A DNA stretch of 64,000 nt, taken from positions 8,965 to 72,964 of the forward strand of contig CAZRHV010000006.1 of NCBI GenBank assembly GCA_964599985.1. The letters run 5' to 3'. The notes below the pieces were generated by a model, which worked only from the letters and a program-made list of their open reading frames with translations, was not told the DNA's origin and ran no database searches. Position 1 is the first letter of the stretch; the number at the start of each line of letters is the position of its first letter. Below are positions 57,683-64,000 of the stretch, in pieces. Both the position numbers and the translations under genes were made by a program. The DNA is from an uncultured Marinosulfonomonas sp. (GTDB lineage Bacteria; Pseudomonadota; Alphaproteobacteria; Rhodobacterales; Rhodobacteraceae).

Positions 57683-58282
57683 ATGAGCGACCAACTTGAG
57701 CAACTTAAAACTGGTATAACCACCTGCACACTATGCGCGGCTGAGTTCGCCAAAACCGCAACTGCACATGTGCCGCGACCTGTTTTCTGGTTGTCCAAAA
57801 CCGCCTGTATTTTGGTTGCAGGGCAGGCCCCCGGCTCTCGCGTCCATGAAAGTGGCAGGCCTTTTACCGACCCATCAGGGGATCGTTTGCGCGAGTGGAT
57901 GGGATTAAATGACCAGCAATTCTATGATATGGAAACTGTAGCCATCCTGCCCATGGCTTTCTGCTTCCCCGGCTACAACGCCAAAGGCGCTGACCTGCCG
58001 CCACCCAAAAAATGTGCTGAAATCTGGCATGAATTGGCTGTGGCAAACCTTTCAAACGTCCGGCTTACGCTGCTAGTTGGCGGATATGCCCAAAAATGGC
58101 ATTTATCGGATGCAAGCAACGTAACCGAGACAGTTGCCAGCTGGCGCAACTATGCCCCGAACGTCTTCCCCTTGCCGCACCCGTCTTGGCGCAATACAGG
58201 TTGGATCAGGAAGAACGCGTGGTTTGAAACCGAACTGTTGCCTGTGCTGCGAGCCCGAATCCAAGAGGTGCTGAATGGCTAA
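57683..58282 (+). CDS. uracil-DNA glycosylase superfamily protein, probably the Fe-S cluster type
   Basis: Motif VAGQAPG, C-terminal HPSWRN, and four Cys spaced C15-X2-C18...C94-X16-C111, as in Fe-S UDG families (from memory). Confidence 0.7.
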   Translation: MSDQLEQLKTGITTCTLCAAEFAKTATAHVPRPVFWLSKTACILVAGQAPGSRVHESGRPFTDPSGDRLREWMGLNDQQFYDMETVAILPMAFCFPGYNAKGADLPPPKKCAEIWHELAVANLSNVRLTLLVGGYAQKWHLSDASNVTETVASWRNYAPNVFPLPHPSWRNTGWIRKNAWFETELLPVLRARIQEVLNG

Positions 58283-59063
58283 TTCAACGCCATTAGATCG
58301 CACTTTCGCGGCAATGCAAAAGGACGAAACCGATATACGCACCCACCTTCGTTTCTATGAAAACCTGTGTGACGCTGAACTGTTCCTGTCGCTGGAGAAT
58401 GAACCCGCTGGCGACACTCTGTCCCCTCAAATATTCTCGTCCGATGGACAGGACTACGCGCTGATCTTTGACAGCCATGAACGGTTTGCAGATTTTGCAA
58501 AGGTTACTTCTCCCTACGCAGCTTTGACGGGCCGCTTGGTCATCGAAATGTTGCAAGGGCAGAATATTGGACTGGGCTTGAACCTTGGCGTCGCGCCGTC
58601 AAATGTTCTGCTTCCAGCAAGTTCTGTGGATTGGCTGGCAAACATCCTAAACCGTCAAGTACAGGAGCAAACAGCGGTGCCAAAAGAAATACACCCGCCT
58701 GAGAACATCTCACAATCATTGCTGCAGTCACTTTCAAGGAAACTCGCCTTTGCCACCGAATTAGCAAATTCCGTCTGCTTGGTAAGCGTCCGCTACCCAA
58801 ATGGAAGCCCAATCAATCTCTTGGCCTATATCGATGCCCGACCGGAAGCACACGACGAACTAACGCAAATCGTATCCGATTCAATGGCGTTTTCTGGGGA
58901 GGAGAATGAAACCATCGACGTGGCGTTTTTCAACTCTTCAGACCCGATCAGTTCTCTATTAATCCGCACCGGCCTATTTTTAGATCTCACCAAACCGGAA
59001 CAGCCAACCCGAAATCCAACCGCCCCCGGCATGGACCCCGAGAATCCACCGCGTCTTACTTAA
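58275..59063 (+). CDS. SseB-family protein (function unknown)
   Basis: N-terminal FYENLCDAELFLSLE...YALIFDSHERFADF pattern resembles the SseB N-domain. 8-nt overlap with the UDG gene. Assignment is tentative. Confidence 0.45.
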   Translation: MANSTPLDRTFAAMQKDETDIRTHLRFYENLCDAELFLSLENEPAGDTLSPQIFSSDGQDYALIFDSHERFADFAKVTSPYAALTGRLVIEMLQGQNIGLGLNLGVAPSNVLLPASSVDWLANILNRQVQEQTAVPKEIHPPENISQSLLQSLSRKLAFATELANSVCLVSVRYPNGSPINLLAYIDARPEAHDELTQIVSDSMAFSGEENETIDVAFFNSSDPISSLLIRTGLFLDLTKPEQPTRNPTAPGMDPENPPRLT

Positions 59064-59992
59064 TACCCAGCGGCCCTGTCCACGATGAACAACATTTCTT
59101 CCCCAGCTTCAAACCGACGAATGTTTTCAGCGATCACTTCGGCAGCTGTGTCGGCTCGGGTTTCTGAGGCCAGATGCGGTGTTATTGTTATCCGTTCGTG
59201 CGCCCAATAAGGGTGGTCTGCAGGAAGTGGCTCGACCCTAAACGTGTCTAACGTGGCATGGCCAATATGCCCGGCATTCAAAGCCCCAAGCAAAGCCTCA
59301 TCGTCAATCAACGCCCCACGCCCGGGGTTCAACAACTTGGCCCCTTTTGGCATTAGGGCAAGCCGTTCAGTATTTATCAGGTTTTCGGTAGCCGGGGTAA
59401 GCGGCAGCAATAGCACCAGAATTTCGCTCTGAGTCAACGTGTCTTCCAGCCCCTGCTCGCCACTAAGGCATTTTACGCCAGCGATTTCTTTCTGTGTCCT
59501 GCTCCAACCACACACCTGAAAGCCAAGTGTGGCCAAAGCCTTAACGCAAGCGCTTCCAAGCGCCCCAAGGCCAAGAACACCCACTTTACGGTGCCGTGCT
59601 AACGGCGGGCACTCAGGCTTCCAAATCCCATTTTGACCCATGATATGGGCATCCATTCCCAAATGGTACCGCAGTACATGGCCGGTAACCCATTCCACCA
59701 TGCCCTCACGCAGACCACTATCCACCATCCGCGTCATCGGGACATTGAGCGTTGGATTGTCGACAACGGTTTCAACGCCAGCCCAGAGGCCTAAAACTGC
59801 CTTTAGCCGAGTGTATGAAGAAAAATCCGAGACCGGGCCGTTTGGTGCGTAGGCAATATAGTCAACCTCGGTATTATCGAAGTTAGTAGAGAAATTTGCC
59901 GAGATGCCTGACTTGAAAGACGCGTTTTCAAGGGATTTTTGATATTCAAGCCAACGCTCTTCGCTGGCCGCAAACAAAACATTTACGCTCAT
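59060..59992 (-). CDS. D-2-hydroxyacid dehydrogenase (glyoxylate/hydroxypyruvate reductase A-like)
   Basis: NAD loop VGVLGLGALGSA. NPGRGALID and ITPHLAS motifs. 310 aa. Confidence 0.8.
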   Translation of the reverse strand: MSVNVLFAASEERWLEYQKSLENASFKSGISANFSTNFDNTEVDYIAYAPNGPVSDFSSYTRLKAVLGLWAGVETVVDNPTLNVPMTRMVDSGLREGMVEWVTGHVLRYHLGMDAHIMGQNGIWKPECPPLARHRKVGVLGLGALGSACVKALATLGFQVCGWSRTQKEIAGVKCLSGEQGLEDTLTQSEILVLLLPLTPATENLINTERLALMPKGAKLLNPGRGALIDDEALLGALNAGHIGHATLDTFRVEPLPADHPYWAHERITITPHLASETRADTAAEVIAENIRRFEAGEEMLFIVDRAAGY

Positions 59993-61137
59993 CGTTTTCC
60001 CCGTGGCCGATGCACATGCGCGCTTTGAACCAAACCAAATCCCACCAACAAAACCAGCATGGCCGAGCCCCCCCAGCTAACCATTGGTAAGGGTACGCCG
60101 ACCACTGGGGCCAATCCCATGACCATGGACATGTTGATGGCAAAGAACAGGAAAAATGTCGCCGCAACACCCAAAGTTATCAATGACCCAAAACGATCCT
60201 TGTTCTTAAGCGCCGACACGATGCAGAAAAATAATATTAAACCGTAGAGTGAAAGCAAAGAAAATGCCCCCACAAAACCGAATTCTTCTGCCAGTGTCGT
60301 GAAGATAAAGTCGGTATGTTTTTCGGGCAGGAAATTCAGCCGGCTTTGGGTTCCCTGCATAAATCCACGCCCCGACCAGCCACCAGATCCAAGCGCAATT
60401 TTGGATTGAGTGATGTGATAGCCAGCCCCTAACGGGTCGTTAGCCGGGTCGATGAATGTATCGATGCGACGAAATTGGTAATCTTTCAGCAACTGCCATT
60501 CGGTGCCACGCGACGCAAATACAATAAAAAGCGCCGATAACCCCAACAGGATGAGAACTGCAAAATACAGCCAGTGTACTCCTGCCAGAAACATCATAAT
60601 CCCGCCCCCCGCTGTTAGTAGTATCGCGGTTCCCAGATCAGGTTGGGTTACCACCAGAAATGTAGGAACAAGGATCAGTACAAGTGGTATCAGCAGCCAT
60701 TGTGGGCGAGAGGTTTTTTCAACGCTTAGCCAGTCGTAATAAGCGGCAAGGATCATGACCAATGTGATTTTAGTCAGTTCCGAAGGTTGCAACCGCATGA
60801 AGCCAATGTCGATCCACCGCTGTGCCCCCATGCCTGAAACGCCAAAGAACTTGACCATTAGCAATAAAAAAATCGAACCCCCATAAGCCAGAGCCGCCAC
60901 GTTTCGCCAGAACCATATGGGCACCATCGCCACGGCGATCATCAGAAACATGCCAAAGGCAAATCGTTTCATCTGCGGTTCTGCCCAAGGGGTCATCGAC
61001 CCACCTGCCACTGAATAGAGCATCAAAAACCCGAAGCAGGCGACAGCTGTTATCAGCAGGATCAGAGGCCAGTTCAGATACAGGATTTTGCGAAACCCAG
61101 ATGGGACTGTCTGGACGCGATATTCCAGATAGCTCAT
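59989..61137 (-). CDS. rodA: rod shape-determining protein RodA (SEDS glycosyltransferase)
   Basis: FtsW/RodA/SpoVE motifs QPSELTKI, TDFIFT and PLPMVSWGGSAML. Follows mrdA. Confidence 0.9.
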   Translation of the reverse strand: MSYLEYRVQTVPSGFRKILYLNWPLILLITAVACFGFLMLYSVAGGSMTPWAEPQMKRFAFGMFLMIAVAMVPIWFWRNVAALAYGGSIFLLLMVKFFGVSGMGAQRWIDIGFMRLQPSELTKITLVMILAAYYDWLSVEKTSRPQWLLIPLVLILVPTFLVVTQPDLGTAILLTAGGGIMMFLAGVHWLYFAVLILLGLSALFIVFASRGTEWQLLKDYQFRRIDTFIDPANDPLGAGYHITQSKIALGSGGWSGRGFMQGTQSRLNFLPEKHTDFIFTTLAEEFGFVGAFSLLSLYGLILFFCIVSALKNKDRFGSLITLGVAATFFLFFAINMSMVMGLAPVVGVPLPMVSWGGSAMLVLLVGFGLVQSAHVHRPRGKR

Positions 61138-63095
61138 GTTTTGATCCGCCCGTCAGAAACTGTAGCTGGGTCGCGCAGGGTCAGTCCTTCGCGCATGGTC
61201 TGGATCGTGCCGCGCTGGCTGGAAGGGTAGGACGCAAGCGGTGGCAGGCCACCATGTAGGGCTTGCAACATTATGTCGCGCGCAATTGGGGCCGCGGCAA
61301 CTGAACCACCACCGCCATGTTCCACCACGACCGAAACAGCAATCTCGGGTGCCTCGAACGGTGCATAGGCCACGTACAGGGCGTGGTCGCGCCGTTTCCA
61401 GGGTAAGTCAGCGTTTCGTATGACACCGGCGGCGCGCTCCGCCACTGTGATATTTCGAACCTGGCTGGTGCCGGTTTTTCCGGCCATCCGTAGTTCGTTT
61501 TCTTCAATACGACTGCGATAGGCTGTTCCACGCTCGCTGTTTGAAACCGCAAACATGCCCTCACGTACTGCGCGCAAATGATCTTTGTTTAATCCCAATG
61601 ACGTGGCCTCGGTTGTTTCCACCTCGACGCCATTTACAGTTTTTATCAGCGTTGGAACAACTGCATTCCCCGAGGCAAGTCGTGCTGTCATCACGGCTAG
61701 CTGCAAAGGTGAGGCCAGAACAAACCCCTGTCCAATCCCAGAATTTAGCGTGTCGCCAATCAGCCAGTCGGAATTGCGATCGTCACTTTTTGACGCCCAT
61801 TCGGCTTTCCATGCCTTGGTAGGGGTAAGCCCGCCAGCAATAGCAGACATTGGTAACTCGAACTTTGAACCAAGCCCCAGCCTGCGTGCCATGGCGCTGA
61901 TCTTTTCGATCCCGACACGTTCGGCGATTTCATAGTAGAACACATCGCAGGATTGTTGCAGGCTTTTGTGCAGGTTGACCTTACCGTGACCACCACGTTT
62001 CCAGCAATGGAAACGGCGGTTCCCCAGTTGTTTGAAGCCGATGCATTTGATCTGTTCCTCTAGGTCAATCACGCCCTCTTCCAGCGCAGCCAAAGCGACG
62101 ATCATCTTGAAAGTTGAACCGGGTGGATAGGTGCCCTGTACTGTTTTATTTGCCAATGGGCGGTATTCATTTTCCGTCAAATCGGCGTAATCTGCCACCG
62201 TAATTCCGCGAACGAATTTGTTGGGGTCATAACTTGGTGCTGATCCAATCGCCAGTAATTCACCACTGCGGGTGTTGATAACAACAACCGCGGCGCTTTC
62301 CGCCCCAAGTCGGGCCTGTACAAAATTTTGCAGCATCGCGTCAACGGTCAGCTGGATATTGTCACCGGGGATGCCTTCAATTCGGTCCAGCTCACGCATC
62401 ACCCGACCCACGGCATTGACTTCGATACGTCGTGTCCCGGCGCGTCCGCGTAAATCCAATTCCAATTTACTTTCGATGCCCACCTTACCAATTTGAAATT
62501 CTGGGATTTGCAGCAATGGATCGGGGTCTTCAAGTTTGCCCAGATCATAATCGCTAACTGGTCCGACATAACCCACCACATGGGCAAAATCGGCCCCCTG
62601 TGGATAAAGCCGGGACAATCCAAATTCGGGCGTAACACCGGGCAGGGCGGGGGAATTCACCGCAACCCTCGCCAGATCATGCCATTCCAGCCGGTCCGCG
62701 ACCGTTACCGGCACAAACGGGCTCAGGCGTTTTAGCTCCTTTGTTGCACGTTCCAGATCGTCGGGGTCCAGTTCGACCAATCGCGCCAGATGGGCGATGG
62801 TGGCATCAATGTCCCCCGCGTCTTCGCGCACGATGACAATCCGGTAGTTTTGTTCATTTTCGGCAAGAATCTCTCCGAAACGATCGTAGATCAGCCCGCG
62901 TGTGGGTGGAATTAGGCGAATATTTATACGGTTTTCTTCTGCCAACAGACGGAACTGATCTGCCTGATCAACCTGCATAAACCGCATTCTCAGGCCCAAT
63001 ACGCCAATGAACGCAAGCTGCGTCCCGCCCAGAATTAGGGCGCGGCGCGATATGATCCGCGTGCTGGCCTCATTATCCTTTGGGGTGCGTATCAT
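61134..63095 (-). CDS. mrdA: penicillin-binding protein 2 (elongasome transpeptidase)
   Basis: SXXK motif GSTFK and KTG motif GKTGTSQV. 653 aa. Lies between mreD and rodA. Confidence 0.9.
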   Translation of the reverse strand: MIRTPKDNEASTRIISRRALILGGTQLAFIGVLGLRMRFMQVDQADQFRLLAEENRINIRLIPPTRGLIYDRFGEILAENEQNYRIVIVREDAGDIDATIAHLARLVELDPDDLERATKELKRLSPFVPVTVADRLEWHDLARVAVNSPALPGVTPEFGLSRLYPQGADFAHVVGYVGPVSDYDLGKLEDPDPLLQIPEFQIGKVGIESKLELDLRGRAGTRRIEVNAVGRVMRELDRIEGIPGDNIQLTVDAMLQNFVQARLGAESAAVVVINTRSGELLAIGSAPSYDPNKFVRGITVADYADLTENEYRPLANKTVQGTYPPGSTFKMIVALAALEEGVIDLEEQIKCIGFKQLGNRRFHCWKRGGHGKVNLHKSLQQSCDVFYYEIAERVGIEKISAMARRLGLGSKFELPMSAIAGGLTPTKAWKAEWASKSDDRNSDWLIGDTLNSGIGQGFVLASPLQLAVMTARLASGNAVVPTLIKTVNGVEVETTEATSLGLNKDHLRAVREGMFAVSNSERGTAYRSRIEENELRMAGKTGTSQVRNITVAERAAGVIRNADLPWKRRDHALYVAYAPFEAPEIAVSVVVEHGGGGSVAAAPIARDIMLQALHGGLPPLASYPSSQRGTIQTMREGLTLRDPATVSDGRIKT

Positions 63096-63631
63096 ATGCG
63101 ATGCCCATACTGATCGACCGCTCCGGGGACAACTTGGCGAACCCCCAAGAGCCTTGACGAAACGAAAACTACCACCGGGTATGCGGCAACGGTCATTACG
63201 AACAACAGGCTATCCAATGCGAAGCTGGGTTGTCCAATCACGAATATGCCAAGGATCAGCCGGTTTGTAAGAACCATCGCAAGTATGACGGCGGACACCA
63301 GTGCCCACTCAAACAAAAAAGGCAGTTCCCGGGAAAACTGCGCGCGACCGCGCAAAAATTCCAAGCCGATTACGCCCAAACCAGTCCAAAGCCCCGGGGG
63401 ACGCATAAACAAAATATCGCTCAGGAATAGTACAACTGCAAAAAGCAAAACCGGAACAAAGTTTGGGCGGCGCAGAACCCATGCAAATGCAATCGCGACT
63501 GTCCAGTCAGCGCCGGGTAGTCGCCCGGCGGTTAGGTCAAGTGGCAGTAAGCGAACAAAGATTATGAATGCCGACAAAAGGCAAAACAATGCCCAGTATA
63601 ACATTCGTCTTGTTGTTGCCGGATCAACCAT
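63092..63631 (-). CDS. mreD: rod shape-determining protein MreD
   Basis: 179 aa with 5-6 TM helices, in the position between mreC and mrdA. Confidence 0.8.
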   Translation of the reverse strand: MVDPATTRRMLYWALFCLLSAFIIFVRLLPLDLTAGRLPGADWTVAIAFAWVLRRPNFVPVLLFAVVLFLSDILFMRPPGLWTGLGVIGLEFLRGRAQFSRELPFLFEWALVSAVILAMVLTNRLILGIFVIGQPSFALDSLLFVMTVAAYPVVVFVSSRLLGVRQVVPGAVDQYGHRI

Positions 63632-64000
63632 CGGAAGGCTCTGTAGTTGCTATTGTGTCAGGTTCAACAGGTTCAACAGGTTCGGGCAGGGCAGGTTGGT
63701 ACAATAGCCCCCCGGTGTCAGAGACCTTGCTGGTGCCGCTGTTGCGTAACACCCGCAGGAATTCTAAACGCTCATAATCCGCGGTCAGCTTTACCCGCAA
63801 TCGTCTGTCCGATCCAAGGGCCACTTGGCCGACCAATAAACCGGGGGGAAAAACGCCGCCGTCGCCAGAGGAAACGACCCGGTCGCCGGGGCGTACGGCC
63901 TCGGGTGTTTCCAAAAATTCGATTGGCGGCACGGCGGTATTATCCCCTGCCAGTATTGCCTTTTGACCAGAGGGTTGGATCGTAACCGGTATCCGACTGT
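63624..64000 (-). CDS. mreC: rod shape-determining protein MreC, C-terminal part (gene continues beyond the right edge)
   Basis: VVSSGDGGVFPPGLLVGQV matches the MreC beta-barrel motif. The frame stays open to base 64000. The Pro/Glu-rich tail contains a PVEPVEP repeat. Confidence 0.8.
   Translation of the reverse strand, partial: SRIPVTIQPSGQKAILAGDNTAVPPIEFLETPEAVRPGDRVVSSGDGGVFPPGLLVGQVALGSDRRLRVKLTADYERLEFLRVLRNSGTSKVSDTGGLLYQPALPEPVEPVEPDTIATTEPSDG

Noticed and set aside
63655-63690. Short tandem repeat (caggttcaa)n.
   Set aside because: It is an in-frame PVEPVEP repeat in the Pro/Glu-rich C-terminal tail of MreC. It is too short and too few in copies to be a CRISPR array or a satellite.
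1-64000. Search for CRISPR arrays, IS elements, prophage genes, toxin-antitoxin pairs and known defence genes.
   Set aside because: I found no periodic repeat-spacer structure, no transposase, integrase or phage-like ORFs, and no small adjacent toxin-antitoxin-like pairs. Every intergenic region longer than 150 bp was inspected and is accounted for above.

Overview
This 64 kb window is densely packed chromosomal DNA. I call about 66 protein genes, one tRNA-Gln(UUG) and one transporter gene relic. I found no rRNA, CRISPR array, transposase, integrase or recognisable defence gene. The gene content (many TRAP and CUT1-type ABC transporters, ugpBAEC, mreCD-mrdA-rodA) fits a marine alphaproteobacterium, perhaps Rhodobacteraceae-like, but that is inference only.

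From left to right the window contains:
- A TetR-controlled MacB/LolCDE-like ABC module with a LolA-fold protein and a putative outer-membrane protein (1-5444).
- ugpBAEC (5441-9642).
- A decayed TRAP dctQM relic (about 10106-10399).
- A mosaic sugar or sugar-acid island with an oxidoreductase, FGGY kinase, DapA-like aldolase, TRAP dctPQM, shikimate-DH-like gene, lactonase, aldo/keto reductase and two GntR regulators (10459-21380).
- An 11-gene plus-strand operon joining an atypically large sugar ABC importer, fructokinase, acoABC-like TPP dehydrogenase, uxuA and an SDR (21581-32598).
- A GlcNAc/MurNAc locus with an oxidoreductase embedded in its ABC operon (32595-43033).
- tRNA-Gln, then pgm/pmm-kdsA-kpsE-kpsT (43419-48190).
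- A 10-gene Mrp-like cation/proton antiporter cluster in the order E-F-G-B-B'-C-D-D-x-D (48523-56215).
- An ArsR-permease pair, an Fe-S type UDG plus an SseB-like gene, a 2-hydroxyacid dehydrogenase, and rodA-mrdA-mreD-mreC.

The loci most worth follow-up are the accessory LolA-like/MacB-type envelope module, the frk-acoABC-uxuA sugar operon, and the MrpA-less Mrp cluster with three D-like subunits and an extra small membrane protein. A window-wide oddity is that 5 of the 6 convergent gene pairs share a 4-bp interlocked stop codon (YTAR). Nothing here can be called a new system from sequence alone. All functional calls come from motif-level reading of the supplied translations, not from database searches.
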